Virus record (IMG/VR): IMGVR_UViG_3300021399_000007
Span: 69,874 to 133,873 of that record
From: a virus
Length of the DNA: 64,000 nt
Strand: one strand, 5' to 3'
Shown: positions 48,115 through 59,939 of the stretch, one piece after another
Numbering within the stretch: the first letter of the stretch is position 1
Layout: every line of letters begins with the position of its first letter
The notes under the pieces: generated by a model
Seen by the model: only the letters and a program-made list of their open reading frames with translations
Database searches by the model: none
Told to the model about the DNA's origin: nothing
Position numbers and translations under genes: made by a program

Positions 48115-51100
48115 TTAATTTCTTAATGCTCTTTGAATTGCCATATTTGCAAGTTCATAGAATGCATCTTCAATTTCTTTTCTAGTATTAACATTTGGAA
48201 ATACTGCTTCAATATTTACAGTTTGTTCAATACTTTCACCATTAGTATTATCAAATAAATTACTAAAACCGCCTTTGATATTATTTGCTCTTGAGTATAA
48301 AGAACCTTCTAATGAAGTCTTTAATTCCTCTAAGATGATAGCCATAGTGCTAACTCGCTCATTTAATCTATTTATTCGCTCATCACTTGATAATGAGTCC
48401 ATTGTAGAATCTTCAAAGATTTGCATCATTCCAGATAATTGTGAACCATACACTGTACTATCGGCTTGATCCAGTCCATTAAGAACCTGATCTTTTGCAG
48501 CATCCCAAGTACCAAGCCCAATAGACTTATCATCTATTTTATTAAAATCATTTGTATCATTTGCGGATTTCAGATTTGTTTGCTGAAGGAGATCATGTAT
48601 GGTGCCACTTGTAATCATTGCATTTCTAGTAACTTCTTTATAAGCATTTGCAAGAGAATGAATGTAATCTCTTAAATTAGCCACTTTTGTCATTTCTTTA
48701 TCCATGTTTGTCATAAGGGCGTCATTCGCGGTGATTAATTTACCAGTCTATTCAACTAAAGCGCTAACACCTTCTTTTGTCTTTTCAAAATCAGTTCCTG
48801 CGGAGTCTGCAGTTTCTTTTACATCATTTTTATATTCTTTAGATGCTTCACTGACTTTTTCAAAAGCCTATTGACAAGTTGGAACAAAACCGCCCTCTTT
48901 AGTCATAGCATCCATCATTGCCTGAATACCACTATCCCAAGTAGGAACTAAATCTTTCATTATTAAGTCTTTTTCTTCAATGGATAAATTCTTATAATGT
49001 TTTGCATCTTCATTATTAAGTAACGCATAATCTTGTAATGCTGAATCAGTTAAATTACCTCTAATAACTTCATTCTAAGCAAGTTTACCATTAATATATT
49101 CTGCATACTGCTGTTGTAATAATGCAGCCTATCTAGCTTGATCTTCCTAACTCTTTGACATATCAGACATAATTGCTTTATACTAAGATTGAAAATCTTT
49201 CCAAGCCTGTAATGCATCAGATAAATTAGAATTATATCTTTCTTTATCAAAGTTATATAAATCATTATTAAGCTAAGCTAGTCTTCGCTGAGTCTATAAA
49301 ATATCATCATCATCCGCAATATATTCATATGAATAGTTACCTTGAGAATCTCTCTTTAATCTCATAGTAGTTTTTGCTGCTTGTGCATCTTCTAATGCAA
49401 TTCTAGCTTGCTCTAATTCCAACAGCTTCTGAGCACGCTCGACATCATACTCAGTTAACTTATCTTTATTTTCAAGATTAGTTAATTGTTCATCCATCAA
49501 TCGTTTTAATGCCTGTTGATTTTTTAAATCTTTAGTATCATTAATAGCCTTATTAAACTATCCTCTTAAATCTTGAAGCGCAAAAGCAGCATTAATAGTA
49601 TCATAATACTCGTCTGCATTTTTATTCAACAGATCCCATTCTTTTTCAACAAAATCAGAGCCTTTTCCATCGCTAATTCTTCTATCTAACTCATCAAAGA
49701 TTTTATTAATAGAATTAATGTATTTGTCTTGAATAGTTTGAATAGATTGTTCAATCATACTATTTAAATTGCCAATAGTCTAACGATAATGTTGTTCAAA
49801 CTTTTCTGCGGCATTGGTATCTCCCGCATCAACAGCGGCCTGCCATCTTTCTTTCCACCACGCCGCCTGTTGCCTTAAGAAATCTATTTGCTTATTAGAA
49901 TTTTCATTAAGCTAAGTATAATATTTATCCATCGCCTCATAGTTTTGATCACCATATAACAATGATAATAAATCCATATCATGAGTTAACAACTATTCTA
50001 CAAAACCATAATTCTACATTTGTTTATTAAATTGATTATCAATTTCATCAATAGTTGAGAGATATGCCTAATCAACTTCATCAATAGAAGATAACATCCC
50101 TTCTAACTGATCTTGTAATGATGCTAAATCAGTTTTTAAATTTTCTAAGGCTTTTTCTTTATCCTTACCATAAATGTCAGAACTTTCACCTCTATTAATT
50201 TTTTCAATTTCCGCTTGAGTTTTGATTAATTGATTTGTTATTGTTTCAATCGAGTCTGCTGTATCACCGTTACCAAAATATGAGAAGAAATCTTTACTAC
50301 TCTTTGCGGCGTCCGCAAATATTTTATCAAAGTTGCTATCTTTAACAACATCAGCTTTATCTATTACATTACGATAAAAATCATTCCAATCTCTTTGAGC
50401 TGCGCTCATATCAAGATGAACATCAATTGTTGTTCTAAATCTCTAAACATTTTTTTCAATTCTTTCTTGCTCTGCTTCATTAATATCATCTTTTGAGTCT
50501 TCAATCGCTTCTCTCAACTCGTCATAATTTTTTATTTTGTCTTTTAATTTCTATAGACTATCACTAGCTTTATTAACCTGCTTATCAAGTTTCTATAATC
50601 TTTCTTTTAATTTATCTTTTTTATTTTTATTTGTTTCTTTATTATATTCTTTAACTAACTTATTATATTTATCAGTTTTCTTATTAACCTAATCTTGCTG
50701 TTTACCAACTATTTTCATATAATTGGTAATATTGCCATAAGCATCAAAAGTTACTCCAAGCCCTTTTAATACTTTTTGCTGAGAAGCTAAATCTTTCTCT
50801 TGAAGTTTTAATTTTTCCTCAAGTTTTTTCTTCTGCTCTTCTAATAATTTTGATTGCTATCTTAAATTATCTAAAAGATCTTTACCATATAAATGATCTT
50901 GCTTCTTTTGTGCGCGGTCAAGGTTTCGATTAATTTTTTCAATTTGGATATTTATATCATGATAAATATCTCTTTCATCTTCAATCTTCTTTTTCTTATC
51001 TTTTTTTCCTTTATCAGGTTTTGCAGTAGATCCTTTACTGCCTCCACCTTTTTTGCCTCCGCCGCCTCTTCCGCCACCACCGGAACCAGCGCGACGAGCG

Positions 51101-54100
51101 GCACCTGCAGAACCGCCGCCATTTGAAGCTTGTTTAAACTTAAAACCGCCGCCAGAAGATTTATGAGCAGATGTTACTTTTAAAGAAAAGGCAGAATTTT
51201 CTTTAGTATCAGTAGTTGTAGTTGTTCTTGGAATATACTCACTATCATAAACAGTATACTAAATAGGAGCTGTACGAACCTCCATATCCTAACCACGACC
51301 AGAAACAATAGGAACCTAACCTACTCTTGTCTAAGGAATAAGTTCACTATCAAATCCAGTGATAGTTTTATTCTAAGTTCCCTGATTTTTTTGCTCAACA
51401 ACCTCAGCATCAATACCCATAGAAGCCAAATAATCAGTTGCTTGCTCAGCAGTCATATGGGCAGCATTTACTAAATCTCCTAATTCTTGTAAAAAATTAT
51501 CTTGATTTAAATCTGCGCCAATTTCAAGGGTTTGAAAGTTCATAAGATCTAATGAATTTTGAACAGTATCTAATGATGACATAAAGTCTTCATACATACC
51601 TTCATCCCATTTAATATGACCAATGATATCCTGTTGTGCGGCAATCATTAACCTATCATATGCCTAAGTGTCACCATCAATGGCGGCTTTCATATCATTT
51701 AAATTCTCTGTATTAGATAAAAAGTCTTCTGATAAAGAGCCTCCATCTAAATCAAGCAAATCAGCATAAGCCTCTCTCATTTCTGACATTGCTTGTACTT
51801 GATCTTGAATAGAACCACTTTCTAATGCTTTTGTCCAATTTTTATAACTTTTTACAACATTTTGACAAGCATCATCAAATCTTAATATTTCTTCAGAAAG
51901 TTTTTCAGCACCTTTTCTATCTGTCTATAAACCATTATGTAATTCTTCTGTTTCATCAGCAACGTCTTGAATATGATCTGCCAAATTTTCCCACTAATCA
52001 GTATCAACATCTGCATCTAATTTTGTTTCGCTGATTTGCTGTTGTAAGGCTAATCTTTCTTTTCCTTTTTCTATAAGCTAAGTCTAAACTTGATTTAATT
52101 CTTCATCAGCTTCTGCCTATGCTTTTTTAGCAGATGCAGCATCTGATTCAGCTTGCATCACTTCACCTTGACTAAATTGTCCTTCATTTTCAACTTTAAA
52201 ATTTGCTTTTGCATAATCCTATTGACTTTGTTTTTTAATCTCTTCTAATTCAGTTTTTCTATTCTATAACTATTGAATATGTTTTTCATTCTCCGCCAAT
52301 AATAGTTCTTTTGTTACTTCTAATTCAGACTATTTTGCAGCAATTATTTGATTAAGAACGTCAAGGTATTCTTTTGAATTTACTCCATTCTAGGCTGCTT
52401 CATTTAAAATAGAATATTCTTTCCCAACTGTAAATAAAGCAGACATTTGTTCATCGCTTAGCTCTCCACCTTTAGTTAAAGTATCTCTTGCGGATGTTAG
52501 TGTAGAAACCTCTTTTTTATCAGTTTGAAAATTATCAAAAGAGGAACTAGTTGATGTGACTCTTTCAACCTATTTTTTAAAATCTTCTGCATTAAAAGTA
52601 CCATTTTTTAATGCTTCAGAAATTTTATTAATATTATCAATAATCCATTGATAATCTGTTTCCACTCCAAGAGAAGCGAATAACTCATTTAAAGTTTGTA
52701 AATGTCCTAATGCCTAAGAGTCTTTAACAGCGGCTTGCGCATTTTTATAATCTTTTAATTTATCCTTTGCACTATCTACTGCTTTTTCTAATTTACCAAG
52801 ATTTTCACTTTCTTTATATAAATTTAAAGCAGCCTATTTAGTCTAATTGGAATTAAAAGCTAAATTATTTGCTTTTGCAAACTATTCTAATTTATCTTCT
52901 GTTAAATTAAGTTGTTTTACTTCCTATCCAAAAATATCATTCCATAAAGCTTGATATTCAGCTGGACTAATTTTAGATTTTAACTACTATAATTTTTCAA
53001 AACTAGTAGCAAGGATTGATAACCCTTCTGCTCTTTGCATAGAATCAGAAGTTGTTAAAACTGCGTCTTCAAAATCTTTTAATAATTGTTCAGTATCTTG
53101 AAGTTTAGAAGGATCAATCTAACCCTCATATAAATTAGATAATAAATTAGTTTTTTCTTTATATGATAAATCTTTTCCAGATTGAACTTTCTGAATGGCA
53201 GAAGAAACTTTATCAAAATTTTTAATAATATTATTAACATTATTATCTTGGGCATCTTGAGCAAGGAAATCTTGAATCCATTGTTTTGCTTCTTCAAGAG
53301 TTTTAAACTATGGTTTAAATTTATTAATTTGCTAATTTATTTTATTTAATTGTTCTTCAGAAAAATTCTAAGTTAACCAATTTTGTAAAAAATTTTTAGC
53401 ATGAGTATCTGTATATCCAGAAATACCTTCTTCAATAGAATCATTTAAAGTTGAAGCAATTTCTTTCCCCAAAGAGGTTCCTGCAGTAAAGACTTTAAAA
53501 ACTTCTCGAGCTCCATCTTCAAATACAAAATTTAAATTATCTAATCCATAAATAGATTTAATTAAATTAATTATCATATCTTTTTGCTCTGGATTATTTA
53601 ACATCTATTGAATCTATGGATTATTAAGCCAAATATTATTTATAGACTATATAATTGCATCTGAAATCTGTTTGACACTTTGATCATTATTAGCAAAAAT
53701 TTCTTCAATATCTTTAATACTTTCATTTTCAGCACTTTTTATTATCTAACCGCTTTGGACTAAATTATCATAAATCAATTTAATTTTATCTACCATTGAT
53801 TGATAAACCTAATCCACAGGGATGTCATCGGTTGAGCTAGTAATAGTATCTATTAATAACATTAATAAATCTTTTTGATTCCAACCAACTTTAATAAATT
53901 CTTCTTGTAAATTATCATATAATTCTCTATTTACATCATCAATGCTAAAAGCTCTTAAAAGCGCATCGGCATCTTCTTCAGTGTAATAAGTTTTTTCTTC
54001 TTGCTTTTTTGTTGCATCATCTAAAGCTTGTTTCTTCTCATCAACTGCTGCTTGTAATCCTTTTAAAATTTCATCGGTATCACCAAGCATATTAGAGAAA

Positions 54101-57100
54101 ATTTTTTCATAATCACTATCTAAAAGCCCTTCACCAAAAGCATTAGCGTCTTTTAAATATTGTATAATTGTAGAACCCGATTTAGCAATTCTTTTCTAAA
54201 AAATATTATTTAAATAAGCTTCTTCGCCTTTACTAACACCGTCACTAATTACTTTATTATATTGCTAAATTAATGCTGAATATTTTGTAAGCTAATTTGC
54301 TAATTCTTCATTTTCTTCTGCTAATCCTTCTGAAAAAGTAATTTGAAAAGCTCTTGTTGAAAATCCTGCAAAATCATTAAATTTTCCTTGATAACTTGCA
54401 TGATCATTTTTATACTACTAAAGATTTGCATTAGCTTCTCTCAACTATGCATCTGTATTATAAACAAGATTTTGTTTCTATGATTTTTCTTTATCATGTC
54501 TTGCAGTAACATTTTCTAAAACATTCTCAGTTCCGCCTAAAGCCGCTTTATCAGCCTACCTTTTAGCCTACTTTAAAACTTCAATAGTTTCTTTTAATGC
54601 ATCTTGTCCGCGAACAATGGCATGACCTTGCTCATCATAACCAACTATAACTGCTTGATTATATTCAGCAAAAGTATCAGTAATTTCATGATATCTATCT
54701 TGTTCATCTTGAGTTAATTGATCTAAATTTACTCCATATGCGCCTGCTTTTTCAGACAATTTCTAATATTCTTTTGCAACCTACTACAAATTAGCAATTT
54801 GAGCATTTTTAGATTTATTATTCTAATTAGATTGATTGATGGCTTCATTAAATTCTTCAACTTTCTATTTAGTTGTTTTAAAATGATCCTCAATTTTATC
54901 CCATATTCCAGTAGCATCTAATAATCCTTTAGCAACTGACATAATTCCGTTACCTATCATAGTAACGACCATGCCAGATCCTGGAAGAATAGAATTTGCA
55001 ATAATACCTGCAATACTTGGCAAGCTTCCTTGTAAACCACTCCAAGCTGCATTTACTTTTTCTGCAGAATTAGCAGTTTCATCTGTGGCCTTGCTAATAG
55101 CACCTAAAATTGAAGTTGTTGCAGTTAATCCAGCCGTAACATTTTGAACTACTGTTCTTAAATTAATAGCATTTTGGCCTCTTTTTATTCCATTCTCTAA
55201 AAGTTTCTAAGATTCTTTATTTTGAGCTTTTAATGCATCAACTTCACCGCTTAAATGACGATCATATAATGCTTTTGCTTCATTTGCTTTACCCAATAAA
55301 GTATTTTGATATTCTAACTATTTAGTCATCATTTCAGATAAAAATTTTATATCCTCTGTGGTGATTGCCTAGTTATTTATCATGCTATTATATATATTAG
55401 ATGCTTTATTCCTCTACTCTTGCGCTAATAAAGAACTATGAGTTAAAGACTATATTCGATTTAAAGCCTATTCATTTTCTACATAAGGAAGATATCCCTA
55501 TTGAACTGTTTCAACATATTGTCTTGTTTCTTCAACAACATCATGTAATAATTGTTTCTGATTATTAATTTCAAGAGTCTGCTATTCAATTAAATTTAAA
55601 ATCTCACTATATGTAGTAAACTCATGACCTGAAACTTCATCCATTACAGATTGATAATTTTCTATTAATGATAATTGTTGAGTTCGCATTCCAATTTGCT
55701 ATTGTAATGCAGTTAATTCATTATAACTTTCTTGTGTTAATCCTTTTCTAACCGCATAAATTTGTTGATAAATTTCTGCCTATTTTTTTGCAGCTTCTAC
55801 CGCAGCCTATTGATAATTACTATCATATTGACCTTGTGAAATACGTTGGGATAAAATTGAATCTGCAACTTGATTTTTTAAATTATCAATATTTTTATTA
55901 TTAATAAAAATATCAAACTTATCTTTGGCTGACATAATGGCATCACTAATTTGCTTATTAAAAATATTAGCAAGTGTGGAACCAAAAGTCATTAAAACGG
56001 GAATCCCTCCCCCAAGACCATCAATAAAATTATTAAATCCTTTTAAAACATCTCCAAAAACATCTACGAACCCTTTTACTGTTTTTTCATCAAATAAAAT
56101 ATCATAAGTACGTTCAGCTTCCGTACCTAATTCAATCATATGTGCTTCAAGACTCTCTAAATATCTATCATTTTTTTCATTTAAAGTACCTTGAGCATTT
56201 AAAGATGTATTTACAGATTGTAAATATTTATCCCAGTTATCAAAAAGAGCAATAAGATTATTATACTGACGTTGACCTGCCATAGTTTGAGCAAGGTTTA
56301 TCTGTTGCTCTCTTGTTAAACTTTCCCAACGTCCACCAATCTCTTCAATAACTTCACCAGTGTCTCTTAAATGACCATTAGCATCTAATACATTAAATCC
56401 TAATGCCGCCATTTTACCTGAATAATTACCTAAACTTACCTAAGCCTCATCTGCGCCAGTCTTAATATCATTCATTCTGGCGTAAATAGTTTTAAAAGCC
56501 ACACCGACTGATTCAGGCGCTTGTCGGGTCGTAGCAATAACAGTAGCAATCTGACCATTTAACTGATCAATATCAACACCCATAGCATTAGCGGTTGATG
56601 CTACTTTACTAATAGCAGTAGCCAACTATCCCATATTAGATGCGGTTGTATCTGCAACTGCCGCCAATTTATCAACATACTCTTCAGACTATTCTGCCGA
56701 AACATTGAAACCATTCCAAACAGAAGTCAAATAGTCAATCATATCAGATCCAATACCAGTAATATTTTCAGCTTTTAAAGTAACTGAAGTTCTAGCTTGA
56801 ACCTAATCATCACTCAAACCTTGCTGATAGAATGCTAAAGCGGCTTTGGTATAATCAAGAGTCGATCTACCTAAATCCTTTGCTGCAGAATTCGCAGTAT
56901 TCGCAAATCTTTGCATCTAATCAGCACTATCGCCAGTAACAATTCGAATATCGGTTAACGATCTATCCAAATCTTTTGCATAGTAATAAGCATTTTGAAT
57001 TGATTGAGTTATATTATTAACAATACTAGATGTAATACTCCATTTAACAGTATTCGCCATTGAAGTAGCCATACTGTCTAATAATTTATTACTTTGTCTT

Positions 57101-57471
57101 AATTGAACATTTGTATTTAAAATTTGTGTAGCAACGTTATTAAACGCCGCCTGTCCAGCCGCTCCAACCTGAGAAAAAGCCTGTTGGACTTGACTAATAG
57201 AGCTGCCGGAATTTTTTAAAGTCTTATTAAATTGTTCAATATTAAGAGTATTTAATTTCGTATTGAAGGCTTTCTTTAATGCATTTTCTACATTCGTCGC
57301 CTATGTTTTTACTTGTCTTAATGTTTCTGTTGCTGAGGCGGCGTCTGTATTATTAATCTTCATTACATCACTGATTTTTAATTTCTGTATCTATTGCAAT
57401 GAAGATTTTAATTGGTTCAACCCTTCTTTTTGAATGTCAAAACCAACTTGATATTTAATCTGATTCGCCAT
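48115..57471 (-). CDS. Tail tape-measure protein, apparent single ORF of ~3118 aa with ~90 in-frame TAG codons
   Basis: Eleven track fragments from 48115-48714 up to 56440-56625 share one frame; adjacent fragments separated by TAG where checked (e.g. 56440-56442); SD TTAAGGAGATAAAAGGAT-ATG at 57471; TM-like GIPVLMTFGSTLANIFN; Gly-rich block. Confidence 0.5.
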
Positions 57472-57503
57472 ATCCTTTTATCTCCTTAATAATTATACTT
57501 CTT

Positions 57504-57677
57504 TTAGCCTTCTTGTTGTTCTTCTTCTAGATTATTATCTTCTTTTAATACTAACCAAATGTCCCCATCTTTTTGAGTAGTTGGCTGAACTTTTGAGGCT
57601 ATAACATGATTTGTAGCTAATCTATCCACTTGTTTTTGTGTGATAGTAACTTTATAACTTCCATAAAATGAACTCAT
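57504..57677 (-). CDS. Small acidic protein upstream of TMP (tail assembly chaperone position)
   Basis: MSSFYGSYKVTITQKQVDRLATNHVIASKVQPTTQKDGDIWLVLKEDNNLEEEQQEG*; SD GGAGGAAACTAT-ATG. Confidence 0.35.
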   Translation of the reverse strand: MSSFYGSYKVTITQKQVDRLATNHVIASKVQPTTQKDGDIWLVLKEDNNLEEEQQEG

Positions 57678-57694
57678 ATAGTTTCCTCCTTTTA

Positions 57695-57976
57695 TTAATA
57701 CACAAAATCAATAATGGTATCAACATCCGCCCCATCAGGGAACACTAATTTCCTTATTTCTACAATATTATCCAATTCATACATGCCTGTCCTACCAATT
57801 TTAATAGGAACGTCATTAATTTCAACTATTACCCCTTCTTCTGATTGAATCCCCAATTTATATAAAATAGGTCTTGAAGTCTCAGGAGTAAAAGCTCCAA
57901 TAGGAGCATTGTCATCTAACAAATCCACACCTGCAGAAAAAGGTCCAAGGACTTGTCCAATTCTTCCATTCAACAT
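57695..57976 (-). CDS. Hypothetical tail-module protein (~93 aa)
   Basis: Track ORF 57695-58030; start moved to ATG after SD GGAGGATAAAAAT. Confidence 0.4.
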   Translation of the reverse strand: MLNGRIGQVLGPFSAGVDLLDDNAPIGAFTPETSRPILYKLGIQSEEGVIVEINDVPIKIGRTGMYELDNIVEIRKLVFPDGADVDTIIDFVY

Positions 57977-58109
57977 ATTTTTATCCTCCATAGTATAAAT
58001 AAAATTAATATGAAATCTTAACAATTTCATTTAAAAATTTTCTTCTTCTATATATAATATAAAAAATGTCTTTTTTTAATTATTTTATCTTGACCGTAGG
58101 AAAATTTTC

Positions 58110-58150
58110 TTGATCTTTTATTAAAATTTTGTTATAATTTTAATAAAGAT
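58110..58150 (+). promoter_or_regulatory. Middle-class promoter motif
   Basis: ttattaaaattttgtTATAATTTTAATAAAGATAAAAGG. Confidence 0.5.
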
Positions 58151-58198
58151 AAAAGGAAAAAGTATTAAAACATTTAAAATAATATAGGGGGAATGTTT

Positions 58199-58951
58199 AT
58201 GAGTGTATACGCGTTTTCAGATATACATGCTCAATATAATCTTTGGACACAAATTAAAGAATATATTAAGCCAGAAGATACTGTATATTGTCTGGGAGAT
58301 TGTGTAGATCGCGGCAATGTCGGCCTTGAAATTTTAAATGAAGTTATGGAAACTCCTAATATTATTCTTCTTCGAGGAAACCATGAAGATTTCATTGACA
58401 GTATTGGTTCTGAAGTTATGCACTATAAGCCCAATGAAGAGGTTTATTGGGCAGTTCCTAATATAGAACTTTGGTATGCAAATGGCGCAGAAAATACCAT
58501 TAAAGCCTTTAATGAACTGTCAAAAGGAAAGAAAAAATGGCTTATTAATAAAATTAGAAAACTTCCTACTCATGCAGAATACATCAATTCTAATGGTAAT
58601 ATAATTTATCTTTGTCATGCGGGAAGGCAACCAAATACAAAAGAAATTAAAGATATGCGGACAGGTGACATTCCAATGAATAATTATATTTGGGATCGAA
58701 CTCATATTAGTAAATTACATTGGGATGGAAAGGATAATGAATATTGTGTTCATGGACATACCCCAATTGAATATATGTATTGTTATCTTAATCAAAAGGC
58801 CGATTTCCCAACAACCAGATTCAAAATTTATAAATATTGCGATGGACATAAAATTAATATTGATTTAGGCTCTTTTCGTACTCATCGTACATGTTTATTA
58901 AATCTTGATACTTTTGAGCCAATTTATTTTGAAGATAAGGAGAATAATTAA
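58199..58951 (+). CDS. Calcineurin-like metallophosphoesterase (lambda-phosphatase-type Ser/Thr phosphatase / polynucleotide phosphoesterase)
   Basis: Motifs FSDIHAQ (D-x-H), GDCVDRG (GDxxDRG), GNHE, ...HGH...; ATG 58199 in frame with track ORF 58193-58951. Confidence 0.75.
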   Translation: MSVYAFSDIHAQYNLWTQIKEYIKPEDTVYCLGDCVDRGNVGLEILNEVMETPNIILLRGNHEDFIDSIGSEVMHYKPNEEVYWAVPNIELWYANGAENTIKAFNELSKGKKKWLINKIRKLPTHAEYINSNGNIIYLCHAGRQPNTKEIKDMRTGDIPMNNYIWDRTHISKLHWDGKDNEYCVHGHTPIEYMYCYLNQKADFPTTRFKIYKYCDGHKINIDLGSFRTHRTCLLNLDTFEPIYFEDKENN

Positions 58952-58952
58952 A

Positions 58953-59240
58953 ATGGATAAATATTTGATTAATAAAAATGAATTATTAGCATTTTTACGA
59001 TATGAAATTCTTTATAAATGGAAATGTGTTGCAGAAACTAATGATAAGGCAAAAAATTTTTCATATTATTTACAGAATGAAACCCCATATCATCCAAATT
59101 CAGAATTTATTCAATCTTTGTGTAAAACAAAAGAAGAACATGATGATCCTGTTGGAACAATGGTCTATGAAGATATTCTGCCTGCAGATGTAGCGAGATA
59201 CCAGGCCGCCACTTTATATAAACCTTACAAGGAGAGTTAA
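58953..59240 (+). CDS. Hypothetical protein (95 aa)
   Basis: ATG 58953 in frame with track ORF 58905-59240. Confidence 0.5.
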   Translation: MDKYLINKNELLAFLRYEILYKWKCVAETNDKAKNFSYYLQNETPYHPNSEFIQSLCKTKEEHDDPVGTMVYEDILPADVARYQAATLYKPYKES

Positions 59241-59254
59241 AAATCTCTCTTTGT

Positions 59255-59290
59255 TTTTTATTATATTTTTTGTTATAATGTATATAAAGA
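59255..59290 (+). promoter_or_regulatory. Middle-class promoter motif
   Basis: ttttttGTTATAATGTATATAAAGATAAGG. Confidence 0.5.
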
Positions 59291-59305
59291 TAAGGAGGAA
59301 TAGTT

Positions 59306-59731
59306 ATGACAAATACAGGAATGTTTGAATTATGTTATCTTTATTATGATGAAAAAACAATGGAACATGCAAAAAGAGTTGCTAATGAAGCACAAAATCT
59401 TTGTAAACTTTTTAAACTTCCTTATACAAATTATGATAAATTTGTTTATCAACTCGGTTTAGCACATGATTTATATGAAGATACAAATATTAAACAAGGT
59501 GCTTGGTTTGATTACGATTTTGAAGAAAATCTTCAACTTTTAACAAAAGAAGAAGATGTAGATTATAATGATTATATTGCGAAAATTCGTGGAATGGCAA
59601 CGAGTAATCCCAAATACCTGCCTGCATATATTGTAAAACTCGCAGATATGCATGATCATTTTGCACAAGTTGATACATTAACTGATAAACTTAAAAATAA
59701 ATATGCGGCGGCGATGCCCTATTTAATTTAA
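59306..59731 (+). CDS. HD-domain phosphohydrolase
   Basis: H...HD motif LGLAHDLYEDT and downstream D; 141 aa. Confidence 0.6.
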   Translation: MTNTGMFELCYLYYDEKTMEHAKRVANEAQNLCKLFKLPYTNYDKFVYQLGLAHDLYEDTNIKQGAWFDYDFEENLQLLTKEEDVDYNDYIAKIRGMATSNPKYLPAYIVKLADMHDHFAQVDTLTDKLKNKYAAAMPYLI

Positions 59732-59746
59732 GGAGGAGATAAAAAT

Positions 59747-59926
59747 ATGAATAAAAATACTGGAAGTAGTATTGGATTACTTGATGTTATTTTAGTAGTA
59801 AATATTGTACTTAAACTTATTGGTGTAATTAATTGGAGTTGGTGGATAATATTATGGCCTCTTTGGGTTAGTATTGCAATTATGATTATTTTTATTATTA
59901 TTGTAAAAGTTTTTTAGGGATTATAA
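59747..59926 (+). CDS. Small two-TM membrane protein (59 aa if TAG at 59915 is read through)
   Basis: MNKNTGSSIGLLDVILVVNIVLKLIGVINWSWWIILWPLWVSIAIMIIFIIIVKVF[TAG]GL*. Confidence 0.4.
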
Positions 59927-59939
59927 GGAGGAAAAATCA

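Noticed and set aside
30431-56107. Plus-strand ORFs inside the minus-strand late block (e.g. 31814-32353, 33618-33905, 39132-39503, 40258-40521, 44138-44446, 50893-51126, 55925-56107) and out-of-frame minus ORFs 49050-49265, 53079-53297, 54729-54917
   Set aside because: Antisense or wrong frame relative to long frame-consistent TAG-containing late genes.
25571-57471. Reading the fragmented late genes as pseudogenes or a degraded prophage
   Set aside because: Breaks are exclusively TAG, frame is always preserved, RBSs are intact and a cognate CTA suppressor tRNA is encoded; recoding explains all of it.
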